IMG/VR virus record: IMGVR_UViG_3300028283_000002
Coordinates: 88,666 to 152,665 of that record
Origin: a virus
Direction: 5' to 3' (one strand)
DNA: 64,000 nt
Shown piece by piece: positions 39,901-48,756 of the stretch (its first letter is position 1; each line of letters starts with the position of its first letter). The notes under the pieces are model-generated. The model was not told the DNA's origin and did no database searches. It worked only from the letters and a program-made list of their open reading frames with translations. The position numbers and the translations under genes are program-made.

Positions 39901-40836
39901 TTAGCAAAAGGTTTGGCTAATAAGAACAGAATCACATGGAGATACTTAGTAGACTCCTTCGGATTAGGTCTTACCGCCTTATCAAAACAAGAATTCGTTG
40001 ATCTCTGCGGTATGAAACTCAACTGTCTTGGTTTCATCAATATGCCAAGTGCAAGACAATTTAAAACATCAATCAACCCAAGTTTTATCAATGATGATAG
40101 AACAATAAATACTACATATATCAAAGAAGGTGGAAATCCAGATCTTAATCCAAGCTTCGAATATAGTTTTGGTAACGGTGTTGGTATGAGTTGTGTAGGT
40201 TATTTCTTCCCTTATGTTAAGGACGTAAATGATACTACCAAGTTTATACCACCTGCAGCTAAAATCTGTAAAACCTACATGAAGAAATTCACTGGTGGTT
40301 TAGGAAACGCTTATCCATGGCAAATCATAGCAGGTCCACAGTTCTCATTAATAACAGACATTTCAACAACTGAAATGAGATTTACTAATGAAGATCTTGA
40401 AAACTTCTACGCAATGGGAGCCAATCCAATTGTTTACTCACTCAACAGAGGGTACAATATCAACTCAGAAAGCTCAGCACAGGTTTATCCACTTAGCTCA
40501 CTAAGTTATATTCACTCAAGAGAAGTTCTCATAGAACTTGAAAATAGACTCTACGATATGTTACTTAACTATCATTGGAGATTTAACACTCCTGAAATTA
40601 GAGCTGAAATCAAGTTCAGAGCAGACCAAATCTGTAAAGAACTTCTAGACTCAAATGCACTCTATGACTTCAAGAACGTTTGTGATAAAACAAACAATAC
40701 TGACTATATCATAGACCTACAAATGGGTGTGTTAGATACCTACATAGAAATTATCAAAGGAATGGGTATCATTGTGAATAACATTACAATTCTCAAAAAG
40801 GGAACCATCGAATCTGGTGGTTTCTTACCTCAATAA
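36979..40836 (+). CDS. tail sheath protein with a large insertion
   Basis: RPGIFIEEID, GFSKKGPFN, FEDIFG at the N-terminus; VCDKTNNT and IEIIKG at the C-terminus (T4 gp18-like). Confidence 0.92.
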   Translation: MPISNKDLGKYKRPGIFIEEIDLSMIERPIQEVLINLVPGFSKKGPFNKPVRVNSPQEFEDIFGPVDKNLENKGSYFHRFVEDMLTVGPVWALNLLKTDPTRDQLEWESISVSAQYDNGPKNSSPYERFFNRQDFWERDVESFMDIVDLEFIDHPTTQPNPAHDLFSITNMGDKKITLFTFKSSITGFDVSAESWYGGADKVPLFMNAKDYISDYMISVLSVVGDYTDYATLSVDPYWGKYFNANGLIKGQVQNFVSDRLTTVNAYYDVCLIPNFRDTSGRDMYIKNVINVATEQTGLFCYYNEEYLLNSDFYKGNIDTIGATLVLTEDVINNVIPKTSIDFMSYKTNLSESVGYAERGLDYVGNPFGNYSEDMITSWVSGRTGQYTNWYTNIAPTAVTNMYSTVITGVVSSAITLTSITGVEVDDTIYFSKSFGILEKDLPYYVLTIDGANITISKTKGGPILTGLSSGTNVFAYSLKQKFYDAIGSLSYNINTGYTLSDSVLFLEPFVVNNSAQTYSRYDIVYLSTDYTTIHTVKGNQVTGTSPSKPNFLLSNANTIILGYMKIQYDLVSSVTPTFTKTWYPVTVDETKYLVLVDGTDVSAVSGVTVAGIKYLDLYFLGTSGSTDYTNYLKLRKSKIFTEIYTNLLTGRSVIINKLDGSKYSVTATVFEATTTSDAHVIIYFDSLTATNPFNYYVSGSFLIYYIDYELDFYLRSNSLSSIITTTGVVNGLAADTGIVAKYSTLYQDYYNGIINNGDYIYQNNDSGTTVKIYLKMFLNSDKNLTIKFASAPEGDPDTTLTNVSVNYRDADGNIALIIYSNKSSYKQSLEIENTSYITDFNNVNYVYVDKTRYAEITKGWYLEAYYDTSYYDSPGEGYILGAVPRKLVRITKTAIDTVDPMLKILYADGPIRILSNPTGSTYDYYTSAYMSIDNYVGEYNGLTLKPFTVHPDSMPNNTDARLDSIMSVLDKSTNLAKGLANKNRITWRYLVDSFGLGLTALSKQEFVDLCGMKLNCLGFINMPSARQFKTSINPSFINDDRTINTTYIKEGGNPDLNPSFEYSFGNGVGMSCVGYFFPYVKDVNDTTKFIPPAAKICKTYMKKFTGGLGNAYPWQIIAGPQFSLITDISTTEMRFTNEDLENFYAMGANPIVYSLNRGYNINSESSAQVYPLSSLSYIHSREVLIELENRLYDMLLNYHWRFNTPEIRAEIKFRADQICKELLDSNALYDFKNVCDKTNNTDYIIDLQMGVLDTYIEIIKGMGIIVNNITILKKGTIESGGFLPQ

Positions 40837-40850
40837 ATTAAATTGGGAAT

Positions 40851-40885
40851 AAAAAAAGGAGGAAATTTATTCCTCCTTTTTTTTA
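40851..40885. terminator. bidirectional intrinsic terminator
   Basis: AAAAAAAGGAGGAA/TTCCTCCTTTTTTT between convergent genes. Confidence 0.8.
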
Positions 40886-42396
40886 TAAATATATTTCAGA
40901 TGTCCTGAATCATATATTCTATATATTTTACGTTCTAACATTATTTCGTGTTCGGTTTTATTTGGATCTGCTCCATTTTTAATCAGAACATCTTTTCTAA
41001 ATCCGAATCTATGTTTTCTGAATCCGTCGAATACATAATAATAATTAGGCTTAGTTTTATGAACCAGTTTAAATCCTAATTTCTCATATAAATCACCAGA
41101 TGACCAACTTCTATCGGCATAACTTATAACTTCGTTCGGACTATAATGATCAATAAAATATTTAAATAATCTACTAGCTCCTCCTATAACATTAGTGTTC
41201 AATTTATTACAAAATCTAATCATTTCATATGACCCCTCTATTGATTTAGTTCCCATAGATTTTCTTTGGAAACCGAATGTCATCAGAGAAACTAGTTCTT
41301 CTTGATAAAATAGTCCAATTTTAAATTGTGAACCAATAAATCCTTGTAGATGATTTTGATTTAGAAAATCTCTAATGATTTTATTATCTGTTATTTCTCT
41401 GATTTCACATTTTCTAGCGTATATTTTTTTAGATTTTCCAAGTAAATTTAATATTCTGGATTTAATAATATCTTGTTTAAACATCCAATCATCTTGATAC
41501 ACATGAATTAATTTAATATCATTTTTTTCTGATAGTTCGGTTTTTTCTAAGTGATAATTAGGAGATTTATATAGTTCATTATGCCAATATACACCATTGA
41601 ATTCAAATGATATTTTCAATTCTGGTATATAAATATCTAATTCGGAACCTATAATATTTCTATTATTTAATAATATTTCACCATTATAATTATTTTTAAT
41701 AAAGTTTTGAAGTTGAATTTCTTGACCACTATTACTAAAAGAATTTATAGGATTACATATCGTACATATTTCAGTGTTAATTTTTTTTCTATTTCTAAAA
41801 GAATACATATCTATTTCAAAATCATGACCTTTATTACAATGAAATCTAAAAGATTTTTTATTATAATCCACTTCAAATAAATTCAAATGTTTATATTTTT
41901 CTAAATTTTTTTTTATTTTTGTTTTAATGAAAGATGATGTGGATTTTTTTATAATTTCAAAATTATTTTTAGGGCTATTCCCGCCATATCTTTCATTGTT
42001 TGTTTTGATCATCTTAGCTTTAATATCGATGTTCATTCCCGGTGTTTTGGTTCCAAACTTTTCATAAGATTTTTTTTCTTTTATATCTTTAATCTTTGGA
42101 TCACTACTTATACATGGTATGGAGCAATAATCATAATATCCTAAAGTTGAATTACGATATTTAGTTTCATTGTTACAATTTGGATTTTTACATGATGTTT
42201 TTTCTTTTATATCATGCACATAATGATACATCTTTTCTTTAAATAGAATATCATTTAATTTTTCACTACAATAATTAATAACATCAACATATATTTCTGG
42301 ATAATTTTTTTTAACATATCTTTCATTATACATTCTTCCGGAATTTCCATTATGATTTTTTATAAAATCCTTGATTTCATTGTCATTCATATTCAT
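40867..42396 (-). CDS. homing-type endonuclease (Vsr-like nuclease plus C-terminal domain), between sheath and tube genes
   Basis: ELDIYIPELKISFEFNGVYWH, GGASRLF, SYADRSWS, RIYDSG. Confidence 0.82.
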   Translation of the reverse strand: MNMNDNEIKDFIKNHNGNSGRMYNERYVKKNYPEIYVDVINYCSEKLNDILFKEKMYHYVHDIKEKTSCKNPNCNNETKYRNSTLGYYDYCSIPCISSDPKIKDIKEKKSYEKFGTKTPGMNIDIKAKMIKTNNERYGGNSPKNNFEIIKKSTSSFIKTKIKKNLEKYKHLNLFEVDYNKKSFRFHCNKGHDFEIDMYSFRNRKKINTEICTICNPINSFSNSGQEIQLQNFIKNNYNGEILLNNRNIIGSELDIYIPELKISFEFNGVYWHNELYKSPNYHLEKTELSEKNDIKLIHVYQDDWMFKQDIIKSRILNLLGKSKKIYARKCEIREITDNKIIRDFLNQNHLQGFIGSQFKIGLFYQEELVSLMTFGFQRKSMGTKSIEGSYEMIRFCNKLNTNVIGGASRLFKYFIDHYSPNEVISYADRSWSSGDLYEKLGFKLVHKTKPNYYYVFDGFRKHRFGFRKDVLIKNGADPNKTEHEIMLERKIYRIYDSGHLKYIYKKKEE

Positions 42397-42461
42397 ATGT
42401 TTCTTTTATCCCTTATATATAAAAGAAAAAATATGAAGTTTTAATATTAATATATAGTTAT

Positions 42462-42764
42462 ATGAAACTTTCAATAGAAGAATATGATGTACTTTATAAG
42501 AAACTAGAATATAAATTTAAGGAATCTGGTGATGAACTAGTTGATAAAATTAAAGATCAGAAAGATCTATCACTGGATGATATTATAATATACTTTTAGA
42601 AAAAGCGATAATGATATAATAAAAAAGTTGGCTGATATGGCTGGACTTAAGGATTATGCTCCTGTTAAATATGGTAATATTAAAGCCAAAAAACAAAGAG
42701 ATTTAAGAGAATTAAAAGAAGAATATGTAGTCAAATTTGATAATTTTATGAAAAATTTAATTTA
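42462..42764 (+). pseudogene. small gene broken by a +1 frameshift
   Basis: MKLSIEEYD...IIYF* (TAG 42597-42599) continues in the +1 frame as RKSDNDIIKKLADM...VKFDNFMKNLI*; TAATATATA upstream. Confidence 0.5.
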
Positions 42765-42873
42765 ATATATATTGATATATAAAAAAATAACAAAATAATA
42801 TCAATATATATCTGAGGAACAATAGCAATATTAATATATACTAGAAAAGATATAAAAAAATAATAATAAAAAC

Positions 42874-43467
42874 ATGGGATTAGGACATTTTACCAACGTA
42901 GCAACAGCAACAAATATGTGGGAACCAGTATTTAAGAGTTTGTTTGAAATTCAAATTGACTTACCCCCACTTATCAATTTAGGGCCTGATATCAAATCAA
43001 TTTTAATAGAGAACGCCACAAGCGTACCTTTACCATCATACCCAAAAATTGAAGTAAAACCACAAAGGTTTAAATACTCAACTCGTATCTACCCAACACT
43101 ACCAGGTCAAACTCACTTAACAGAACAACAAATTAAATTCAATTTGAACGAATCTGTAAACGTGAGACAAAACGTAAGTGGTGTAGTAGCAGGTAGAGTT
43201 CCAGTATTTAGAGCAATAAAAGACTGGTACGACCTCATTTGGAACAACGAAACAGGACAACTAAATTATAAAGGAAACTTAGTAGGCACTGTTACAATCG
43301 ACCAACACGATAAGGAAGGACTAGTCGTAAGACGTGTTATATGGCATAACGCTTTTATAACAGGATTCTCAGGTTGGGACGAAGGTCTCTCATGGGAATC
43401 AGTAACAGAAATCCACGATCTAACTGCTTCATTTGCAGTGGACTATTTTGAGGACTTCTATTATTAA
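42874..43467 (+). CDS. tail tube protein (T4 gp19-like)
   Basis: WYDLIWNNETG..YKGN, LSWES, FAVDYFED; follows the sheath gene. Confidence 0.8.
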   Translation: MGLGHFTNVATATNMWEPVFKSLFEIQIDLPPLINLGPDIKSILIENATSVPLPSYPKIEVKPQRFKYSTRIYPTLPGQTHLTEQQIKFNLNESVNVRQNVSGVVAGRVPVFRAIKDWYDLIWNNETGQLNYKGNLVGTVTIDQHDKEGLVVRRVIWHNAFITGFSGWDEGLSWESVTEIHDLTASFAVDYFEDFYY

Positions 43468-43568
43468 GATTTAATCTAAATAAATATAAGATAAAAATAT
43501 AAGGCTTTAAGTCTTATATTTTTGCCAAAAAATAGCTCTGATTACTGAGAAGAAAAAATAAAAAGAAT

Positions 43569-44393
43569 ATGGAAAAGTTGTGTAGAGTTTGTGGAAAATT
43601 GAAAGAGATTAACAATTTTGTTAAAAACGATAAAATGGCTGATGGTTATCGAAATGAGTGTAAAGAGTGTTTGAATGGATTATACAAAGATAAAGATAAA
43701 ATAAGAGAACGTAATTTAGAAAAGGAAATCAAACTTGATGGAAATAAAGTCTGTCGAATTTGTAAAATTGAAAAATCTTTGAATGAATTTCATATAAAAA
43801 GAGGCACACCAGATGGACATCGTCATGAATGTAAAGAATGTGTTAAAAGTATTCAAAAGAAATATAAAGAAATTCCTAATTATAAAGAAAAAGAAAAAGA
43901 ATACGATAAAAAAAGATACGATAAAATAAAAGATAAAATCCTTGAAAGAAAAAAAGAACATTATCAAGAAAATAAAGCTAAATTATTAGCTTATAAAGAA
44001 GAATATAGAAATACCCCAGAATATAAAATTCAATATAAAAACTGGAGATCCGAAAACAAAGAACTCTTAGCTAGACTCCAAGCAAATTATCGTAAAAAAT
44101 ATCCTCACATTATAGCATGGCGATCAGTCCTTTATTCAACTCTTAAACGTCTCGATACTCCAAAAGAAGGACACACAATAGATATGTTAGGTTATTCAGC
44201 GTTAGAATTAAAAGAACATATTGAAAAACAATTTCTTGATGGTATGACTTGGGATAATCACTGTGAATGGCATATTGATCATATAAAGGCTGTTGTTAAT
44301 TTTGATAATAACGCTGATATAAGAGAAGTCTGTGCTTTAGAAAATTTACAACCTTTGTGGGCTTTTGATAATTTAAGTAAAAACAGGTATTAA
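43569..44393 (+). CDS. HNH homing endonuclease
   Basis: Two zinc-finger repeats; MTWDN..WHIDHI...NLQPLWAFDNLSK. Confidence 0.88.
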   Translation: MEKLCRVCGKLKEINNFVKNDKMADGYRNECKECLNGLYKDKDKIRERNLEKEIKLDGNKVCRICKIEKSLNEFHIKRGTPDGHRHECKECVKSIQKKYKEIPNYKEKEKEYDKKRYDKIKDKILERKKEHYQENKAKLLAYKEEYRNTPEYKIQYKNWRSENKELLARLQANYRKKYPHIIAWRSVLYSTLKRLDTPKEGHTIDMLGYSALELKEHIEKQFLDGMTWDNHCEWHIDHIKAVVNFDNNADIREVCALENLQPLWAFDNLSKNRY

Positions 44394-44424
44394 ACTTTTT
44401 TAATCTTTTACTATATAAATGTTT

Positions 44425-44565
44425 ATGAGAAAAATCATATACTTCTTTATATTCATTTTCCTTTTATCCTTATTGGTTTCATGTATGCCGAAATATAATT
44501 GTTCTGCTTACGGTGAGAAACAGAGGTACCAAAGGCCGCCTGCTTATTGGAATCAAAAAAGATGA
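44425..44565 (+). CDS. small lipoprotein (46 aa)
   Basis: MRKIIYFFIFIFLLSLLVSC-MPKYNCSAYG...; below the ORF-track length cutoff. Confidence 0.6.
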   Translation: MRKIIYFFIFIFLLSLLVSCMPKYNCSAYGEKQRYQRPPAYWNQKR

Positions 44566-44650
44566 TTTCTAAATAAACTTTAGACAGGCCGCCGCTCCTT
44601 TAATATATAATATTGAAAGGAACAACCTATAAAAAAAAAGTAAACAAAAA

Positions 44651-45580
44651 ATGGAAGAAAAAAAGGACGCATTAGAGAAATTTATTTCCGAATCAACAAA
44701 ACCAACACAAACACAAATTATTCAAGAAGAGCCCCTAGTTGGAGGCGGTAATACACTAAATTATATTACAGTAGATTTGAGTGTACTCCCAGCGGGAGCA
44801 TTTTACAAACCAGGTACAGTAGTTATGATTAGAGCCGCTTCAGTATCAGAAGTACAAGCTTATTCCGCTGTAGATGATCAAAATTTTCTTGATGTTACAG
44901 ACAAGATGAATGAAATGCTTGGAAGATGTGTTAGAATTAAACATCCAGGTGGACTAGTAGGAACATATAAAGATCTGAAAGATAATGATAGATTATTCTT
45001 AATCTTTATGATTAGAGAATTAACATTCCAAAAGAATAGTAATTTAGCTAAAGACGTTACTTGTGGAAACTGTAAACACGAATTTAAAATTCAGTTTAGA
45101 TCAACACCAGGACCAGATAGTCCAAAAACATTTTCAAATTACGAAATGGACCCAGAACTCGAGCCATATTTCAACAAACAAGATAGAACATTTGATTTTG
45201 CTTTAGGTGAAAAATTATGGAAATTGGCTCCACCATGTATCAGTCTTCAAGAAATTTTCTTTAAGAATATTAAAGAGAAGGTAACTGCTGATAAGACACC
45301 AAATGTATCATTCTTGAAAATTATACCATTTACTCTCTGGGATAGAAAATCTATTACAGAAGACGGTATTAAAGCCAAGGAAGAAGAATTTAAGAACTTA
45401 GATATGGACACCTTCTTATTTTTAGATGAAGTAGTAAGTAAGATGTTATTTGGTATCAAGGAATTGAAAATGAGTTGTCCAGTGTGTGGTGAGGAGGTCC
45501 ACACGGACATGACGTTTCCCAAGGGGGCCTCAAGTATTTTCAAACCAGGTATTAAGTTACTCGATAGATTCAAGAAGTAA
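44651..45580 (+). CDS. baseplate hub protein (T4 gp26-like)
   Basis: LPAGAFY, DRLFLIFMIR, CGNC and CPVC zinc pairs; follows the tube gene. Confidence 0.7.
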   Translation: MEEKKDALEKFISESTKPTQTQIIQEEPLVGGGNTLNYITVDLSVLPAGAFYKPGTVVMIRAASVSEVQAYSAVDDQNFLDVTDKMNEMLGRCVRIKHPGGLVGTYKDLKDNDRLFLIFMIRELTFQKNSNLAKDVTCGNCKHEFKIQFRSTPGPDSPKTFSNYEMDPELEPYFNKQDRTFDFALGEKLWKLAPPCISLQEIFFKNIKEKVTADKTPNVSFLKIIPFTLWDRKSITEDGIKAKEEEFKNLDMDTFLFLDEVVSKMLFGIKELKMSCPVCGEEVHTDMTFPKGASSIFKPGIKLLDRFKK

Positions 45581-45659
45581 AATAGAAGATTTCGAAAAAT
45601 CTGTATTCTCAGTCTTTACAGTTTCTTGGGAAAATTTAACAGGTAATAAATTCGAATTC

Positions 45660-45884
45660 ATGAACCAACTTCAAATGCCTACAATTGTTGTAGATGGTTG
45701 GCCTTATTACGAATTTGAAAGATATATTAAGTTGTTAAATGAAAAGAACGAAAACGAAAAGAAACGACACGAAGATAGTGAAAAGAATCAACCTAATATG
45801 CCTAATATGAATAGTATAGGCAATCTAGCTAAAAGCTTTAATCCATCAAATTATAAGCTACCTAATTTTAACTCCCCATTCTAA
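45660..45884 (+). CDS. baseplate hub assembly protein (T4 gp51-like)
   Basis: WPYYEFERYIKLL motif directly after the gp26-like gene. Confidence 0.6.
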   Translation: MNQLQMPTIVVDGWPYYEFERYIKLLNEKNENEKKRHEDSEKNQPNMPNMNSIGNLAKSFNPSNYKLPNFNSPF

Positions 45885-45900
45885 AAATGGGGATTTTTTA
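45872..45900. terminator. intrinsic terminator between convergent genes
   Basis: TCCCCATT/AATGGGGA hairpin plus T tract. Confidence 0.6.
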
Positions 45901-46492
45901 TTTTATTAACAATATCATTTACTTCAGCTTTCCAGTCTTCTTCTGTATTAATAATAAAATCTGAATTTTTTATTTTATAATCCTGACTCATAAGTTTACT
46001 TAACCTATTATCTATTTCATCGTCAGTATAATTATTCCTGTGTTTTAATCTTTTTCTAATTGTGTCCATATTAGCGTAAGCACAAATAATATAATCATAA
46101 TCCTTTTCCACTTTATGCTCAAAAATTAAAGCTGATTCGTAAAATATCATTTTACCGTTATGTCTCGAGACGAAGTCGTACCAATCTTGTCTTAAATGAA
46201 TTTTGAATATCTTATTTAATTTCTCTAATTCTCTCTTATCGTTAAAGACTATGTTAGCAATATATTTAGTATTATAAATTCCGTCTTTATAAGATTCTTC
46301 ACCAAACTCTTTAATTATTTCTTTTTTTAGTTCAGCATTTGTATTAGCTATTTTCTTAGCCTCAACGTCACTATAATAAACTGAGTAACCTTTATCTTCT
46401 AAATATTTACAGACTGTTGATTTACCTGAAGCAATTCCACCAGTTACGGCTACAGTTATAGGTTTGATAAAAGATTCGAATGTTATTATCAT
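45881..46492 (-). CDS. coaE: dephospho-CoA kinase
   Basis: AVTGGIASGKSTV, IANIVFND, ESALIFE, DFIIN. Confidence 0.92.
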   Translation of the reverse strand: MIITFESFIKPITVAVTGGIASGKSTVCKYLEDKGYSVYYSDVEAKKIANTNAELKKEIIKEFGEESYKDGIYNTKYIANIVFNDKRELEKLNKIFKIHLRQDWYDFVSRHNGKMIFYESALIFEHKVEKDYDYIICAYANMDTIRKRLKHRNNYTDDEIDNRLSKLMSQDYKIKNSDFIINTEEDWKAEVNDIVNKIKNPHF

Positions 46493-46938
46493 AATCCTTT
46501 TCTGATTTGAGTTGAGCTTATATCTTCAACGTCTTTTGTAGCAATCATATATATTGTTTCTATATCTGGGGCAACGCCTTTATTATAATTATCTACAGCT
46601 TTCTCCCATTCAAAATCTTTTGGATTTCTCATACCCCTTAACATATATTTAGCACCTATCTTCTTACAAAAATCAACTGTTAAACCATTGTAAGAATCGA
46701 CTACAATCTTAGGATTGTTAATCTTACTTTTTATAATCTCTTTTCTTTCTTCAATAGTATAATGACCTTTCTTATCTTCATTTATACCTATTGCTATCAC
46801 AATCTTATCGAAGAGTGGAAGAAATCTTTCAACTAATTGAATATGACCATCATGTATTGGGTCGAAAGATCCTGGAAATACAGCAATTCTATCACCGTAT
46901 TTAAATTTTTCGTTATATGATTTTATTCTCATAGACAT
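46489..46938 (-). CDS. coaD: phosphopantetheine adenylyltransferase
   Basis: AVFPGSFDPIHDGH, GLTVDF, RGMR..DFEWE, ISST. Confidence 0.93.
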   Translation of the reverse strand: MSMRIKSYNEKFKYGDRIAVFPGSFDPIHDGHIQLVERFLPLFDKIVIAIGINEDKKGHYTIEERKEIIKSKINNPKIVVDSYNGLTVDFCKKIGAKYMLRGMRNPKDFEWEKAVDNYNKGVAPDIETIYMIATKDVEDISSTQIRKGL

Positions 46939-47029
46939 TATATATAAATTTACGAATTTAGATTTTAAAAATGGAGAATTTTATTTTTATATATAGCCCT
47001 ATATACTAAAAAATAATAACAAAAGTGAG

Positions 47030-47284
47030 ATGGGAACGATCGTCAAGACATACGAAGAGTGGGGATTTTTTAAAAAGGAATTAACCCCAGATGAAGAATA
47101 TCAAAAACAAAAGAAACAAGCTTTAAGAGATAAGGTAAAACCAGGAAACGCCCCAGAAGTAGAACCAGGTGAAGAAGAAGATGACGATAAGCCATCTACT
47201 AAAAAAGTTAACGATCAAGATGATTACGGTGAAGAATTTTGGGAGGATGAAGCAGGAGATAAAAATAGAAAATCACCTTGTTAA
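47030..47284 (+). CDS. acidic small protein with DDYGEEFW motif
   Basis: MGTIVKTYEEW; FKKELTPDEEY shared with 47684-47896. Confidence 0.7.
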   Translation: MGTIVKTYEEWGFFKKELTPDEEYQKQKKQALRDKVKPGNAPEVEPGEEEDDDKPSTKKVNDQDDYGEEFWEDEAGDKNRKSPC

Positions 47285-47302
47285 AAAATTAATTAAAAAG
47301 TT

Positions 47303-47668
47303 ATGGCAGATTTAAAAAAATTCGAAGATTTCGAATATAATGAAGAAGAAGATGACGACGCAGTTCAATTCAAAGAGGGAGACAAAGTTGTATATCTTAG
47401 ACCTGGTTATAAACACGATAATGAAGTAGGTACAATTAGACGTATTCGTAAAGACGGTAGATATAGTATTTTATTAGACGATGATACCCATTTCGCTGCT
47501 AGTGCTGAATATGTTTTCCCATCTTCAAAGAAAAGAAAAGTAAAAAAGAACGATAGGCATTATAACTATTACGATGATTGCGGGCAAGGTGGCGGTGGTT
47601 GTGGCGGTGGTTATGGACCAGTTGACTACGGCGGTTGTGGTGGTGGTGGAAATAATAATCACTGTTAA
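47303..47668 (+). CDS. SH3/KOW-like domain protein with Gly/Cys-rich tail
   Basis: FKEGDKVV..GTI..YSILLDD; tail CGQGGGGCGGG..GGCGGGG..HC. Confidence 0.65.
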   Translation: MADLKKFEDFEYNEEEDDDAVQFKEGDKVVYLRPGYKHDNEVGTIRRIRKDGRYSILLDDDTHFAASAEYVFPSSKKRKVKKNDRHYNYYDDCGQGGGGCGGGYGPVDYGGCGGGGNNNHC

Positions 47669-47683
47669 AAATAAATAATTACT

Positions 47684-47896
47684 ATGGAAAACTTAACTAC
47701 ATTCGAAGAATTTTCCTTTTTCAGAAAGAAAGAGTTAACTCCAGATGAGGAATATAGAAGACAGTCTAAAGAAGCTGAAAGAAATAGACCCAGAAATCCT
47801 GATACGAAATATTCTAAATTTTGGGGTATTTACGATGACGGTATGGAGGAAGAGGAAGAAGAGGAAGAAGAACAAATTGAATACGATACACCATGA
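47684..47896 (+). CDS. acidic small protein, paralog of 47030-47284
   Basis: MENLTTFEEF..KKELTPDEEY. Confidence 0.7.
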   Translation: MENLTTFEEFSFFRKKELTPDEEYRRQSKEAERNRPRNPDTKYSKFWGIYDDGMEEEEEEEEEQIEYDTP

Positions 47897-48756
47897 ACAA
47901 CGAAATAGCATTTTTTGATTTAGATGGAACCTTGTGGAATATCAAGAATGACGACATATGGATAATAGATAAAGAAAAACCATTTAGACCAGTTATCATT
48001 CTTAATCATCTTGATTTTTCCTTGATCAAAGCAGGAAGATATAGAAAAGATGAATTACCATTAGATTACAACGGTCAAATATATTACATTAGTAAAGATT
48101 TATTTGAAAAAATTAAAAAGAAATCTGGAAGTGAAAATATCGAAAGATTCGGTATTTCTTTTATACCTATGCTTAGAAAAGAAATTCTCGATAAAAGAGA
48201 AGTTGATATACTTAGCCATAACATTGAGCATCTTAGGTATAATAAGTTCGTAGATATTGGTTTACTTACAGCTAGATCAAATCAAAGGAACCATTCAGAT
48301 CTTGTTAATAAACTTAGATTAGAATTAAAGAAAATAGGAATAGAAATAAGTAAAATATTCTTTGTTGGTAGTGGAGTTCATAGTGGAGTAGATCCTAAAT
48401 TGAAAAGTTTCGTTCTACTGGAACATCTTTTAGGACTTAAAATTAAAGATGGTAGATTTATATCTGTTAAACAAGACTGGTATAAGAAAGTTAGTTTCTA
48501 CGACGACGATAGTAAAAACATTGATTACGCCAACGATATTCAAGATTGTTTTGAAGAACTTTTAAGAAAGACAGACGACGAACTTTTTAGAATTATAATA
48601 GATAGAATTGAGACATTCGAATTAACACTTGATACTTATCTTGTAAGTGATAATGAAGTAAATAGATTTAAGAAGAGTTCTGTAACGTTAAGACCACCTT
48701 TAAGATTTCCTATAAAAGAAAGTCTAAAAAATTATAATGATTTTTTAAGGAAATGA
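47893..48756 (+). CDS. HAD-superfamily hydrolase
   Basis: FFDLDGTLW (motif I), LLTAR (motif II), FYDDD (motif IV). Confidence 0.75.
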   Translation: MNNEIAFFDLDGTLWNIKNDDIWIIDKEKPFRPVIILNHLDFSLIKAGRYRKDELPLDYNGQIYYISKDLFEKIKKKSGSENIERFGISFIPMLRKEILDKREVDILSHNIEHLRYNKFVDIGLLTARSNQRNHSDLVNKLRLELKKIGIEISKIFFVGSGVHSGVDPKLKSFVLLEHLLGLKIKDGRFISVKQDWYKKVSFYDDDSKNIDYANDIQDCFEELLRKTDDELFRIIIDRIETFELTLDTYLVSDNEVNRFKKSSVTLRPPLRFPIKESLKNYNDFLRK

